The notes beneath the pieces were generated by a model. It had not been told where the DNA came from, did not search any database, and was given only the letters and a program-made list of their open reading frames with translations. Shown in pieces: positions 1 through 13,760 of a stretch of DNA of 63,966 bases. Both the position numbers and the translations under genes were made by a program. This stretch comes from Rhynchobatus australiae (taxonomy: Eukaryota). Position 1 is the first letter of the stretch. Every line of letters begins with the position of its first letter. The stretch is from contig JAUZTB010000107.1 of the NCBI GenBank assembly GCA_034780895.1, positions 56,238,984 through 56,302,949 on the forward strand, written 5' to 3'.

Positions 1-101
1 AGCATTGTGATTTCTAGTGTGATTCAATATAATCTATTTTGTAATTTTTTTTCCTCTTTCATGCATTTTGTACTTATTTGAAATTAATAAAAATATTGAA
101 A

Positions 102-122
102 AGAGAGAGAGAGAGAGAGAGA
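102..122. repeat. (AG)n microsatellite at the end of an A-rich retroposon-like tail
   Basis: agagagagagagagagagaga directly after aataaaaatattgaaa. Confidence 0.9.
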
Positions 123-260
123 CTTGATCTAATGGTGAAACAGGCTCAGGGGCTGTGTGCCCTATTTCAAACATTAGTCTTTGTCAGCGAATATTCAGAA
201 TTGTGCAGAATGCAAGAGATCTCCTGTCTGAAATGTTTCTTTTCCTCCTCTGCCCTACAG

Positions 261-411
261 TAGACCAGCACTGACTATCCAACCTCATCCATCCGCTGCC
301 ACAATTAGTATTCAGCGTACTCAGCAGCCCCGTGATACAACTGCTCGCATCACATTGCCTTCTCACCCTGCAGTGGCTGCCCAGAAACCACAGCTCCATC
401 CCATAACACAG
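261..411 (+). CDS. SAP130: SAP130 internal coding exon (RPALTIQPHPSAATISIQRTQQPRDTTARITLPSHPAVAAQKPQLHPITQ)
   Basis: Pyrimidine tract + tacag| acceptor and CAG|gtaaag donor; phase 2 to 0; matches human SAP130 RPTLSIQHPPSAAISIQRPAQSRDVTTRITLPSHP. Confidence 0.93.
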
Positions 412-2061
412 GTAAAGAGTTCCACCTACTACCCGACAATGTGACTTCGCTCCACAAGTAGCTGTCATTGTTATTAATCATCTTGTCCCAAACCCCCACT
501 CCCCTGTGAAGTTGTTGTACTCTGATCTGTATCAGATAAGTTCTTCCAGAAATTGCCTCTGCAAGATTAGCATATGTATTATAATATGAAACTAGAGAGT
601 CAGCTTGACTGTGATATATTGTTCTGAACCATTTTGGTCTCTTAAATATCCTTACTGTATTTTCTTGGCATTTCTAAGACCTTGGCATTATTGCAAAGAA
701 TTACTGCAGACAGTGTGCATTTGATTGTCCCAAGTTTACATCATTCACCAGTTCTTGAAACATTTCTTCATTGCTTTTCCAAATGGGAAGAAAGTTGTGT
801 AACTGTGACAAAAGTCACTAACTGGATAGCTCTTTGGAAGAGCGTGCTGTATGAATCTATCAATGTCAATTATAACTTCCATACAAAGGGACTGCATCCC
901 ATGCTCATTTGCAGGACATTTTTTTGCAGCACAATAGTCGTGTTTTAACTTCTTGAGCCCAGTACTGCTACCTTCCTGAATGGTGCAAACAGTTTCCAAT
1001 GCTGGAAAATAATTTTGCTGCTAGAAAGGTGTACTTCAATTGCACCTGCTTCACAGTGAGTATTTGCACTACCCTGCTGCCCTTGTTGGCTAAGTTGCAC
1101 CTCTTGGCAAGTCGGCATCCATCAGGAGTTCATGTACCTGAATCCTTGCAAGTGTGTGATCTGGTTAAGATTGTCTGGAAAATTTAACCACTTGTATGTA
1201 GCCTAGAAATTAGATTAGACAAGTTTTTTTTAATGTGTAAATTGTGTATTTAAGGCTCTTTGTGCATGTTCTGGAGTGTTGACACCTATTTCTGGCAGAA
1301 ATCCCATTCATTGAAAGATTGGGCCAAGTGATTGCCGTTGCAATTTACCTTTGTGCTGGTGTCATTTCCCCATCATAATTTGCACAGTGCTTTTTTTTTA
1401 CTGACAGATTGGATCAAAAGGTTGTAACGTGTGACATTTGGTCACCCTCACTAAAATAAGGAAGACAGCATGCAGAAAATCAGGAACCCTAGAAATTAAA
1501 GGGTTCCCACTAGGCCAGTGGTTTTAGTTTCATTGATTCCACATTGTTTTACATGTGCTGCACTTTTGCACGTATGCAGCACTAAGAGAGATCTCAGCAT
1601 TTGTACTCCAATGATTGTTGTGGCAATGGGTCAGTCACACTGCTCCAAAGTGGGGAGGCCACATTACCCATCACTTTGCTGTTTAATCTTTTCCCCCTCT
1701 TCCCTTTTTTTCTCATCTCCATAGTGGCTGAAGTGACCACCGAGAGAGCTCTTCAACAGTGCTGACCACCTTTCCAGTAGGTGAGAAGGCAGCTGTAAGC
1801 CCAAGTATCAGCTCATGTCTGTGAACATACAAATTAGCTTTTGAACAAAAGAAAACACAATTGTGATTTCTTGAAGTAAGAAAGTCCGAGAATACAAAAC
1901 ATTTATCACACGATAATTCAGAACTTCAATTTTTAGGATCTAGTGGTTATCTTAAGGTGACTCTATTCCTATTGTTGGTCAAATGATGGTCATGTAATAG
2001 GTAGCATCAGACCAGTAACTCTGTCAGCTTCCAAAATCAACAAACAATTCTCTTTCAACAG

Positions 2062-2152
2062 AAAGCCATGTTCAGTACTGGCACACCAGTCGCTGCTGCC
2101 ACTGTGGCACCTATACTTTCTACAAACTCAATCCCTTCTACCACGGGTCAGG
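2062..2152 (+). CDS. SAP130: SAP130 coding exon (KAMFSTGTPVAAATVAPILSTNSIPSTTGQ)
   Basis: aacag| acceptor, G|gtgagt donor; phase 0 to 1; matches human KTIFSTGTPVAAATVAPILATN. Confidence 0.95.
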
Positions 2153-3484
2153 GTGAGTACCTGGTTTCTGAAAAATACTTGTATTCATTTTAGACTCAAG
2201 GCAGAAAGCTGTTGACTGCTTTTCAAGTGGAAACACCCTTGATGCAGCAGTGTTAAATATACAACTTTAAAGGCAGTCATTTTGTCCAGCAATGCATGTC
2301 TTTTGAAACATTAAACATTGAAACAGTTAATATTACCTTTCAAATGGAATTAAAGATTCAGCATTTGTAATCTTTACTAGCCTACAAGTTGAGCATCTCT
2401 AATTTCATTCTTTTATTGAAAACAAAACATCATGGGTGAATTGAGTTAATTATTGGAATGCATTGGATAGACATCCCTTGGTTTCAGTTCTGCTGAATTC
2501 TTCTATTTAGGGAAGGGAAAAAAAATGAGATCAGTGTTGGGTGCAGTTTTGCAGGGACTTAATCTTAATATTGCCTACTTAATATTACCCTTCTGAAGTT
2601 CAATATTGTATGGTTTTAATATAATTTTAGATCGNNNNNNNNNNNNNNNNNNNNNNNNNNNNNNNNNNNNNNNNNNNNNNNNNNNNNNNNNNNNNNNNNN
2701 NNNNNNNNNNNNNNNNNNNNNNNNNNNNNNNNNNNNNNNNNNNNNNNNNNNNNNNNNNNNNNNNNNNNNNNNNNNNNNNNNNNNNNNNNNNNNNNNNNNN
2801 NNNNNNNNNNNNNNNNNNNNNNNNNNNNNNNNNNNNNNNNNNNNNNNNNNNNNNNNNNNNNCTCTTGCAAGTAGCAAACTAATAATTCTTAGGCTGAGTC
2901 CATAGATAGAAAATACAGAAATACATGAAAAAATTGCCTAAAATGGTAATGTTTCAAACAATTTTGTGTACCAACTGACCAATTTGCATAGTATTACCAT
3001 ATTTTGCAGCACTTGTGTTGTTTTTATTGTGCTTTTGCTGCAGGTCTTTCTGGATGACACCATTAACTTGTTTTTAGAAATGCATTTTGATAGGGTTGTT
3101 GAAATGGAGAACAACTCTGGGAATACTTGTGAAATGCAGTTACTAGAATTACACTTAATATTCTGCACTGGTTTTTCATAAGTTATCTTTGTGATGAGGG
3201 AAGTATTTGAGATTTCCTGTATTCCAACAAAATCAGCAGAGTGGGTGAAACATTACACTAAGAAAACAGTGAATGCAAAGAAATCAAAATCTTATTGATT
3301 TTTTTTGTTTTAGAAACTAACCTTTGCATTGGGAAAAGTTGAATTCATTTCTCATTTTATGTCATGTTTTTGCCTCTCAGACTCTAATTTCTGTTGCTTT
3401 CATGTGAGCATTTGTCTTTTATGTGATTCGTTATTTGCCAGTTTTTCTGATATTTCTATTCACAAATCCCCTTTTCCTTTACAG

Positions 3485-3589
3485 GTGCTGTTTCCCATGC
3501 TCAGGTAACGAGCAGTACAATTGTTAACATGACAATGGCTTCCCATACACCTCATGCTCCTGTAGTCACCACGTCGACTATTCCTGTTG
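3485..3589 (+). CDS. SAP130: SAP130 coding exon (GAVSHAQVTSSTIVNMTMASHTPHAPVVTTSTIPV)
   Basis: Long pyrimidine tract + tacag|, G|gtgagt donor; phase 1 to 1; matches human GSVSHTQAPTSTIVTMT...TTSNIPV. Confidence 0.94.
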
Positions 3590-3989
3590 GTGAGTGAAAC
3601 CCACTACCATGGCTTTAAACTCAAATGAAATAGGAAGCCTTGACTTTCTTTTGAAAGGTATCTGGGTTCTAATTCAAGTGTAGATATAGTGTTCCGACAT
3701 TGGTGCATTCAGTTGGGAACTTCATAGTCTTGACAGGGCTGCTGACTGCTTTGAGCTATCTGTGGGGAAAGGTGAAATAATGTTCTGGATGACATTGTCA
3801 AAATCCTTTTGCTGCTGTGTGGAAATTAAGTTTCCTTAAGATGGTCTTTGTAATGGGTGGATTTATGATCCTATCAGGGACAAGTTACAATTGCACAGTA
3901 AAGGAAACTGCTCTGCTGATCAATAAGAGTTCTGGTTGCCTCAAAACCCAAAGGGCTAGCTGCAAAATATTGAGTAGGAACCTAGGGTA

Positions 3990-4278
3990 GGCACGGTAGT
4001 GTAGCAGCATAACGCAATTACAGCGCCAGCGACCCGGGTTCAATTCCAGCCACTGTCTGTAAGGAGTTTGTTCGTTCTCCCTGTGTCTGCGTGGGTTTCC
4101 TTCGGGTGCTCTGGTTTCGTCCCACATTCCAAAGATGTACAGGTTAGGAAGTTGTGGGCATGCTCCATTGGTGCCAGAAGTGTGGCGACACTTGTGGGCT
4201 GCCCCAGAACACTCTGTGCAAAAGATGCATTTCACTGTGTTTCAATGTGCATGTGACTAAAAGATATCTTATTTCTTG
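3990..4278 (+). mobile_element. tRNA-derived V-SINE (HE1-like), relatively intact
   Basis: A-box ggcacggtagtgtagc, B-box gggttcaattcc, V-domain ggagtttgttcgttctccctgtgtctgcgtgggtttccttcgggtgctctggtttc, tail aaagatatcttatttctt. Confidence 0.85.
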
Positions 4279-4593
4279 TTCTGAACCAAGCATTGGTTTA
4301 AGAGGCATATTGGACTAATCTTCAGAAACTCTTTTATGTATCTACTAATTGTAGCAGAAAAGCAAATTCTGAAAAGCTGAAGTAAAAACAAGGTGCTAGA
4401 AGTACTCATTAGGTCAAGTTGCATCTATGAAGAGAGCAAGGGGTTAACATTTCTGTTCATGACCTTTCAACAGAACTCTCTCTGCAGCTGCTAACTTTGA
4501 TTACTCGGCCTAAGTTCCTGAAAAAATAATTTGTTGGCAGTCAAGAACGTATTTCCCCATCATTAATGCACACTCTGTTCTATTGTGTTACAG

Positions 4594-4735
4594 CAAAAGT
4601 TGTTCCTCAACAAATCACTCACACTTCTCCACGGATCCAGCCTGATTATACAACAGAAAGGGGAAACCTGATTTCTATACCTGGTCATAGGGCGTCACCT
4701 AACCCTGTTACGATGGAAACACGAACTGAGAATAG
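4594..4735 (+). CDS. SAP130: SAP130 coding exon (AKVVPQQITHTSPRIQPDYTTERGNLISIPGHRASPNPVTMETRTENR)
   Basis: Inside ORF 4566-4769; tacag| and AG|gtatgg; phase 1 to 2; near-identical to human AKVVPQQITHTSPRIQPDY. Confidence 0.96.
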
Positions 4736-5159
4736 GTATGGTGGCTTCCAGTGTTTGAGGAAATGTTAGAAAGACTAATGAAGATTTAGATTTTGCATAT
4801 CCAAGTTTCTCATTGACTTTTCCTGTCAATATTTTCATCTTCTTTTCCTCCTCCTGTGCCCCTGCCTTTCCATGTCCACCAACTTATTGTAGTGTAAGGT
4901 TCCACATGTGTTGGATGATATTTATTCAAGTCCTCTTTGTAGTATAAGAGGGGAAAATAGGCTGGTTTTTCATTTGTGATCAATATCCATTGGCCTGTTG
5001 GAAATTGCACCTGTGTAAATGCAAGAGTCGAGTTGATCGAGGCTCTAATGCATCTTGCAGATGTTGCCTACCAGATCAGATAATAGTTATCATCTCAGCT
5101 TGTAACTAAGGTTGCCTATTTGAGTTGTCAACAAATTTCATTTGAATTAGGTGTTGTTC

Positions 5160-5432
5160 TGAAACCCCCTGCAATATTTGGAGGGTGGGTGGGTGGAGTT
5201 CAGTTCCTAGAAAATGGTCCGTGTCACAATTTTCCGTTGAGGTGAAGCCACATCATCTGCACATAGGTCAAGGAACACAAGTTGAAAAATAAATATTTTC
5301 TGTTNNNNNNNNNNNNNNNNNNNNNTCATGAGTGAATTTTATTCTTTATCTCGAATTTTTGGGTAGTGATTTGTGAATTCTGAAAAGGTGAATTTCCGTA
5401 ACCCGAAAGGCTATAATGCAGGAATTGCCTGT
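5160..5432. mobile_element. Probable Tc1/mariner (Tigger-like) MITE remnant
   Basis: gttcagttcctagaaaa...gaatttccgtaacccgaa...gcaggaattgcctgt ends; similar element at about 54155-54477. Confidence 0.35.
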
Positions 5433-5542
5433 CTATGTAAAGCTGGAAGGTGTAGGCACAATTTTGAGTTACAAAATCTATGTGGTATTTTTATTGACTG
5501 AGATTAATTCAGTGTTCCCAATTTCTTTTCCTCTCCGTCAAG

Positions 5543-5670
5543 GCAAGTACCTGTGCAGTTCCAGTATTACCTACCTTATCCGTCATCAGCTGCCATCCCT
5601 GGCTACCCAACACTGGCACATACCTTTACCCCAATAACCAGCACAGTCTCCACTATTCGGCAATACCCAG
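5543..5670 (+). CDS. SAP130: SAP130 coding exon (QVPVQFQYYLPYPSSAAIPGYPTLAHTFTPITSTVSTIRQYP)
   Basis: Pyrimidine tract + caag|, CAG|gtatga; phase 2 to 1; matches human VPVQFQYFLP...HTYTPITSSVSTIRQYP. Confidence 0.95.
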
Positions 5671-6544
5671 GTATGAATATACTGAATTAATTCACTTGCT
5701 GTTGTGGTAGCACTGGGCAGGATGGGAATATGTGTCATGAAAGATGCAAGTGAAAGGCAGTTGAGAGTTGACTGGATAGGCTACTGACTGGATAAACTAA
5801 GCAACTTGGAGGGCTCCCCTTCAGTCTTTAACAGTATTTTGTAAGTAGCTTACTCAAAAATATGGTTCTCCCTCATACATGTACATGCTGAGAATTATTG
5901 TACTGAGTTCATTAAGATACCCATATCCACCCAGAATGTGGTTGTGGGCATCTGGTTATGAACTTTGCAGTGTCTTTTCAATTAAGAAGCTGGTTAATTC
6001 TTGAAATTCTATATGATGACGTATCTGGGCTGGTTTTCAGTTCACAGATTGCTCTGTATTGATATTTCATATTTGTGCAATAATTTAATCTTCATATGTT
6101 ACCATAATTACAAAATAATCCGATTGTGCATAACACAACAGCCATTAAATTGTTGTCTGCAGCTAGCATAATTCCCAGAATGTCACCTGACTCTTTCTGG
6201 GGTAATGAAGCAGTCTTGCAATTTTCCCCTCTTTAGCTGCTTGGCAAAATTGGTTGAAAGTGTTACTGTTAAATCTAGTCCTGTTTTGTTTTGCATTAAT
6301 GTTTTTGTATTATGCTATATTGCATCAGATTTTAAAATATTTACCCCATCTCCTAAGTATATTTTTCTGAATCTGCAAGCTATTATCTGTTTCTGGAGGC
6401 CATTTCTGTGGCCACAGGCAGCTCTCCAGTGCATTGTATTCATCTGGTTAGGCTTGTCATCCCAAGATCAGTTCTCTTGATAGTTAAATTTGCCCATCTA
6501 GTTGAATTTGCTCAGCAGTGATCACAAGAAGGTACAGTGGCTAG

Positions 6545-7290
6545 TTTGAAAACCACTATGATGCTGGAAGAACTCAGCACGCCAGGCAGCATCCTTGGAG
6601 AAAAGTAGGTGGTCAACAGACCCTTCTTCAGGTTTGAAGATAGGAAAAGGGGAAGCCCAACATATAGGAGGGAAAAGCAGAGTAGTGATAGGTAGACGAA
6701 AGAGTGGAGGTGGAGTGGGCACAAGGTGGTGATAGGTAGATGCAGGTAAGAAATAGTGATAGGCAGGTATGGGGGAGGTGGAGAGAGCAGATCCACTGGG
6801 AGATAGGTCAAAGGTAAGGAGAGAAAGGGGTGGGGGGGGAAGGAGCTGGGGAAAAGAAGAGAGAGGCTAGGAAAAGGAAGAAAAGAAGCATGGTTGGGGA
6901 AGGGGTGTGGGATTACTTAGTGGGAGAATTCAATGTTCATGCCATTAGGCTGCAGGGTTCCAAGACAGAAGATGAGGTGCTGTTCTTCCAGTTTGTGCTT
7001 GGAATTCTCCTGGCAATGGAGGAGGCCGAGGACTGACATATCTCTGGAGTGGGAGGGGGAGTAGTGACAGGCAACTGGGAGGTGCAGATTGCAGTTACGG
7101 ACAGAGTGCAGGAGTTCTGCAAAACGGTCACCTAGTCTGCATTTGGTCTTACCAGTGCAGAGGAGGCCACACTTGGAGCGCCGAATGCAGTAGATGATAT
7201 GAAGGGAGGTGCAGGTGAATCTCTGTCTCACCTGAAAGGACTGTTTTTGTCTCTGGATGAAGGTGGGGCAGGTGTTGGCTGTTGCTGGTA
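6545..7290 (-). mobile_element. Penelope-like element 3' fragment with GIY-YIG endonuclease and pseudo-LTR
   Basis: ORF 6917-7297(-): FTCTSLHIIYCIRRSKCGLLCTGKTKCRLGDRFAE...EEQHLIFCLGTLQPNGMNIEF; pyrimidine-rich spacer; cctgaagaagggtc...gatgctgcctgg terminus. Confidence 0.88.
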
Positions 7291-9365
7291 TGGCCACTGT
7301 TTATTGGCCTTTAGAAAGCGGTGGTAGCCACTTACTTGAACCACTGTAATCCTTTGAAGATACCTGGGAGGGAGTTTGAGGATTTAGACTCAGAAACAAT
7401 GAAGGGTTTTCTCAAGCTTGGATGATGCAAGACTTGGAGGGGACCCTGCAGATAGTTCCCATGGTGGGGAGGGGGGGTTAATGGTGGCATGGCAGTTAAG
7501 TTACCAGAATGGTAATCCAGAGCCCTGGACTAAAATCCAGGTAGTGGAGTTGAAATCTCACTATGGCAGCTGTGGAATTTAAATTCAGTTAATCATCTGG
7601 AAGTAAAAGAAAGTTGTTTGTTACGACGACCATAAAACAACTGGATTTTCATAAAACCAATCCTGTTGTTGATAACAGAGGTTGTGAGGTTTGGAAGGTG
7701 CTATTGCAGTAGTGTCAGTAAGTCATTACAGAGCATTTTGCAGACAACTTCACACACTGCAGCTGATGGAGAGAACGATTTAAGATGGTTAATGAAATGC
7801 CAGTAGCTGCTTTGACCAGGATGGTGTCAAGCTTTTGTTGTTGGAGCTGCATTCATCTGGGCCATTGGAGACTTACTCATCCCATTCCTGATTTATGCCT
7901 TGTGGAAAAGTTTTAGGGTCTCTAGGTGAGTTGCTCGTTGCAGATTACTGGTCTCTGACTTGCTCATGTAACCACAATATTTATGTTTCTGGTCAGCCCC
8001 AGGATGTTGATAGCAGGGGACTTGACAGTAGCAATGTCATTTAATATTAAGGGTATAGGTGGTTGAACTCTCTTGTTGGAGATGGTCAATTCTCGGACTA
8101 TAACCTTGATGTCAGAATACTAGAGGACTCCTAATATTGATTAGAAAAGAAGTGACAGTCCATATAATTACAGCCACTTTGTAGTTGCAGGCCAGCAAGC
8201 CTAGCCTCCGAAGGGCAAATTTAATGAGGGTAATCTGATTATTTTGAAGGTTATTTATGGGAATGAGCATCAATGGCAAGGACAACAATTGTTGACTATC
8301 CCAAATTGAAGTTGTCGGTGAACCAGCTTCCTGAACTACCTTGTGTTAGAGATGTTCCTACATTGGTGTTGCCTGGGTTGTCCACAATGTACCAACAATG
8401 ACATATCTCAGTCTGGATACCATGTGATTTTTGAGAGGAAATAAAGATGGTGGCATTCCCAATGTAAGATGCCCTTGCTCTTCTAGGTGAAGAAATTGTG
8501 TTTTTAGGAGATGCTATCAATGAAGCCTTAGTGAGTTGGTGAACTCTCTGAGGCTTGTACCTGGTAGATGGTGGAAAGGCCTTGTGAAGTCGGGTGTCAT
8601 TTGCCACAGGGCACCAAACTTCAGAATAAAACTGAACACTGAAAGAACCCAGCAAACCCTGATGCAGGATCTCGGCCAGAAATGGCGACTTGTACCTTTT
8701 GTCTCCACGGATGCTGATTGACTCATTGAGTTCTTTCAGCGTTCCCTTGTCTTTTGNNNNNNNNNNNNNNNNNNNNNNNNNNNNNNNNNNNNNNNNNNNN
8801 NNNNNNNNNNNNNNNNNNNNNNNNNNNNNNNNNNNNNNNNNNNNNNNNNNNNNNNNNNNNNNNNNTTGCACCCCCCCCCCCCCACTACTTCACCTGGCAG
8901 GGTGTTGATCGAGGAATTGGCAATGATTCAACTCTGTCAAAGGGACGTGATTAGATATCTCTTGTTGGAAATGATTGTCAGCCATTTATATGGTGCAAAT
9001 ATTACTTGCCAGTTCTCAGCCCATGCATGACTGCTGTCCAAGAGTTTGCTGCATGCTTTTGGAAGCTGCACATAGAATTGCAATTGTTCACAAGTTCCCA
9101 TTTTTGACAGGGTGATTTGAAAGATCATCATTGAAGCAATTGAACATGCTTGGCACTGTAACATTGTCTTATAGAACTCCTGCAGTGATGTCCCAAGCTG
9201 TGGCTCCAGCCATGGGGGAGTTTCCACCTTAATTCCTTTTGACTTTAGTTTTTACTATTTCTTGGTGCTGCACTCTGTCAAACATTGCCTTAATATCAAG
9301 AACTGTCACCCTCTCCTTGCCTCTGGAACTTGGTTCTTTTCTCCATGCTTGGACCAAGGCTGAAA
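7290..9365 (-). mobile_element. Fragmented CR1/L2-clade LINE (RT C-terminal part and 3' tail), interrupted by other insertions
   Basis: ORF 8937-9227(-): AWAENWQVIFAPYKWLTIISNKR; related fragments at about 34610-35130(-) and 52820-53140(-). Confidence 0.6.
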
Positions 9366-9959
9366 GAACTTGAAAAATGTATCCGAGCTTGGAAATTTAA
9401 ATTCAATTAATTAAATAATTGGAATTTAAGAAGTTGTCACTAATGTGACCGTCGATCTTGTACTGTTGTAGAAGCCCATCTCATCTTAAGGTTGCAATTT
9501 GATAAATTGAGTGGCTTGTTAGGCCATTTCAGAGAGTCAGCTGCATTCCTGTGCGTCATTCTAAGAAGAATAGCAATTACTATCCCAAAGGGCATTCACT
9601 TGCTCTCTAAGTGAAATATTAGCATGGCTTTTGACAAAGTCCATCACTGCAGGCTGGCTAAATAAGTAAACTCCTGCAGCAAACAAAGGAAATTTGATGA
9701 ATCCAAACTTAGTTCAGTAACATGAAGCAAAGTTTTTTATGACTGGGAAACTGTACATTGGGATTTTGCACATTCTATACTATTTTCCTTTATCTTTGTA
9801 GTGTCTAATCAATGATTTAGATAACTGTACAGGAACAAGATAAAGAAGTTTGTAGATGGTGCAAAAATTGGTAAGGAGGAAGTTGTAGACTGCAGGAAGA
9901 TGTCAATGGACTGGTCAGGTGGGCAAATGGAATTTAGTATTGAGAACTGAACATGGATT

Positions 9960-11600
9960 CACTGTCTGAAAACCAAGAGATCACCAAGGATGGGAAACTC
10001 TGTGTCTGTGGGAAGAGCACTTAGAAAATCTCCTCAGCCGAGACTCTGCCTTTGATGTGGGTGTCCATCGCTTTGTCCCAAAGTGTGCTGTCCATCACGA
10101 TCACAGCATCACCCTAACCTAAAGGAGGTTGGAAAGATTATTCAAAGGCTGGAAAACAAGACCTCTGGAGAAGACTAAATTCTTGTTGAAACATGAGGGG
10201 AGATGTACTTCTGGCATGAATTCACGACCTTCAGGAAGAGGTCCAATATTTCTGATATGCCACAGTCATGACCACCTTGAAGAATAGTGTTGTCAGATTT
10301 CCAGTAATTAGTTGGCTCCTGCTGTCTGCTGCAGGGAAATTTTATTGGAAAGATTCTCCTTGGCATAATCTTCCAGTTGCTGAAGTGTTGTCCTCTGATT
10401 TCATCAAGATGTCAAATGGGCATGATCTTCACTGCATAAAAAATTCAAGAGAAGGGTAGAGGAAGGCCAACCTTTGACCTCTCAAAATCAGCTGACTGAC
10501 AGCCAAGAGGGATTGTGAAGAATCCTCAAGTTTAACAGCTCTCAGAAATCATTACCATTTAGAGGATGCTACACAATGGTTTGAAAGCTGCGATCCCAAT
10601 ACGAGTGCAGAATTGGGTCAAGCAAGCCTGTGTCATTGCCTTAACTTTCTTCAGGTATCTTGCAGAAATGCTCTCCTCACCTCTAATCTTCCTGCTGAAG
10701 TGGAGTTAATTTCCAAGGCAAATGGGAAATTGTTCCACCTTCTTCATCTCCACTCCAGAACCAAGGTCACCCCAACCTCGGTTGCTAAATTATGGTATGC
10801 AGATAACGCTTGTGTATGTTTGGCAGCTGTGCACAAAGTTATTGTTGACTCTTAAACTGTAGCAGATGAGCCTTATAATAAAAATTGGGATACAATAGCT
10901 GTCTGTCAGACTGGCCTTGCTACAAATGCCCTGCCCACCACCAAACATAAGAACACTCTTTGTATGTTGAGAGCCACCTTTAAGCGAATGCAGAGGTGAT
11001 GAGCTTTGCAACCACCTCCTGTGCAGCCTTCAGTTGACTGAGGGAAAAGTATGTTGAAGTCCAGGATTTCAGACTGAGTATCGAGCTCACAGTCTAATGA
11101 GTAGCATGATGCTCATCCTCCTATGTAGTTCATGGATCTGTCTGGATGGCACACAAAACAAAAGCTTTGCATGTGAACCAATTCATTTCAACAATGGGCA
11201 CCTCAAACCACTGGAGAAGTACCTTCAATGCTGCTACTGTGGTACACACCAAATGCACTAGTTGCGTGGGCAAACTAATGTCAGCAATCTCTCCCAGGAC
11301 ACGATCTCCAGCACCATAGCCCAGATGAGCAGGTCACATCATCTGATGCCTGATAGATTCCTGTAATGAGCACTCTATTCTGAGCTCCTTCACATCAATA
11401 GATTTTTTTTCAAAGTGCCCAGTAAATATTCCAAGGATGTTTTCAAGGTCTCCTTGGGGAAGAAATGCAGCAGCCTCATCAATCTATGGGAATTCCTAGC
11501 CTATTACTGCTCAAAATGGAGAATGAGCATCCAAGAAGACTCCTGGGTGGCTTGGGTCTCTATGACAAGAGCATATGGGGGCCATGTCCAAACAGCTGAT
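9960..11600 (+). mobile_element. Decayed RTE-clade LINE (RT region)
   Basis: LLSAAGK motif in ORF 10268; GKLFHLLHLHSRTKVTPTSVAKLWYADNAC (YADD-equivalent) in ORF 10613; many frameshifts. Confidence 0.75.
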
Positions 11601-12949
11601 GGAGCCAAAGCATTCCAAATAAAAGCAGCACCTGAAGATCCCACAGTGTTTCGCTCAGCTTGGGCCCCATAGAACTGGGGTGGAAGGGCATCATTCACCT
11701 TGAAGGACTGGTCAGGTGGGTAGGACGGTGGCAATGCAACTGAAGAGGACAGGTGAGCAAAGAAAACCAGATAAACTGCAGGATACTGAGGAGTGGAGGG
11801 TCAGATTAATATTAATTATAATCCACACCTGAAAGCAGCCCAACCACCATCAGTCCAACCATGACCCGAATGCTTGTATCGTCTTGACCCAACCTTCACC
11901 ATAAATATAATAATCTCAATCATGTTATTGTTCTGTTTGACAGTGAAGCATCAAATACCAACCAAGAACAGCTGATGTATATGGTAATATTAAACAAAAC
12001 ATTCTAAACTGGATAAAGTACTGAACTGGCATGACATAGCCTGGCCCAACCCAAAAATGAATGGTCTATCACAATATACACCCAGTGGGCTAGGGTTGGC
12101 TGGTCACAGATGAGTGTTGTTGGGCTTCACCTAAACTGATCTTGTTGGTTTTGTTGTGACATTCTCCATTGATGTATTGCAAATTTTTGTATTTGTCAAC
12201 ATGTAGCTCAGCAGATGTGATGCTTGTAGAGAGCTCTTAATTGGATGTACCACAATAGAAGCAATGTTCTTCCAGCTGCTGCATAGTGTTGCTGTTTGAA
12301 TGAATGGATGTTGCAGTGTTGGAAGGAGTGGGAGAATGCATCCATTGGTCAGAATGTCCTGGACAGCCTGCAAGGAGCTGGGGAGACCCTCCAGGTCCCT
12401 GAAGTATTAGAGTACAGTGTATAAATATCTGCAATTTGAGGAAGTCTGCCATGCAGGCAAAGACCATGTTCGCTCTGCTGCTCCTGTGGGCTGAAGGGAA
12501 AGTAGAAGTCTCCTCTTCATTTTAGGTGACCTTCCCAAAGCTGCAGTGAGTGGAAAAACTGAGATTCAGGAGAGATCATTATCAGAAGCTGGGAATAACC
12601 AGGAAACTGAGAGTGACCATGACCCTGAGCTTCATGGGGAAAGTCATCCTGAGGAAGGGTTGTATTTGAGATTAAAGGAAGTGCTGATGTCAGTGAGGAC
12701 AACATTTCAGTTTGAACATTGGTCCTTTAGGTCTTATGATTTTGGTGGAAACTGGATGATTCTGGCCAGTGAGGTTGAAAGCTCACTGCAGATGCATTTT
12801 CAATGTTGCACCACAGTTGTCACTCAGATAAATTTGCACCAGAAAAAAGTGGTTGGATGAGTGCTCACGTGAAAAGGAAGAAATGAATTTCCTCAATGCT
12901 AAAAATGTGCAAAATTGGCCAACTTTCAACGAATGTTAAGCCAACATGG

Positions 12950-13760
12950 TTTTTGTTTGGAATTATGCAAATTAACTTTTACCCAGAGTAACCCACCAAA
13001 GTTGGCTAGTGATACAATGCTAGGTCGACGTAAGTTATGGAGGTGTACAACAGATGAGGGTACAGGATAGTGTGGGGAAAATACAAGTTTATGCAATTAA
13101 TGAGCATAGCAGTGAAGTAAATTGTGGTGTACAGAGGGGTCTTGGTGTGCTGATTCAGCAGATACCAAGAAAGTAAGCAGGCAAGTACTTTACAGCATGC
13201 AAATGATATGTTGGCCCTTATTACATGGGATTTTGAGTACAAATGTAAAGAACACCTGCTGCATTTGCTTAAGTGCTTTGAGTACCCTGTGCTTGCTTTA
13301 TACCCAAAGAAATATTTGCATAGGAGTTGGTGCAGATTAAAAGTTTTATACTACTAGGAGAGATTAAGGAAGATTGGCTCATAATCACTGTAGTTAAATA
13401 GAATGTGAGGTGATTATCTTTTAAGATTCACAAAATATTGAGAGGGAATAGCAAGGTAAATACCAAGAGGCTGTTTCCTCTGGCTGGAGAGTCTAGAACT
13501 ATGGGCATGGTCTAGGATAAAGAGGAGGCTATTTAAAACTGATGAAAAGATACTTATTTGTTCAAAGTTTTGTAAATCTTTTGAATTTTCAAATTCGGCC
13601 CTGTGGATGTTCAGTCATTGAATATATTTCAAGGCTGAGATTTTTGGATACAAAATGAGGACCAGAAAAAAAGAGAGAAATTGAAATACCTGATCAACCA
13701 TGCTTTTATTGGGCAGAGGAGCAAGACTGAAGTGCTTATATGGTCTACTACAGCTAGTGT
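12950..13760 (+). mobile_element. Decayed CR1 LINE 3' fragment
   Basis: gagggatcttggtgtgc-like segment, tttcctctggctggagagtctagaac, and the 3' tail tggtctactacagc. Confidence 0.65.

Noticed and set aside
3501-3510. Internal CAG|gtaacg donor inside a SAP130 exon
   Set aside because: Use would shift the phase and delete residues conserved with human; the downstream gtgagt donor is stronger.
3990-4060. tRNA gene (A and B boxes)
   Set aside because: It is the tRNA-derived head of a V-SINE and continues into the SINE core and tail.
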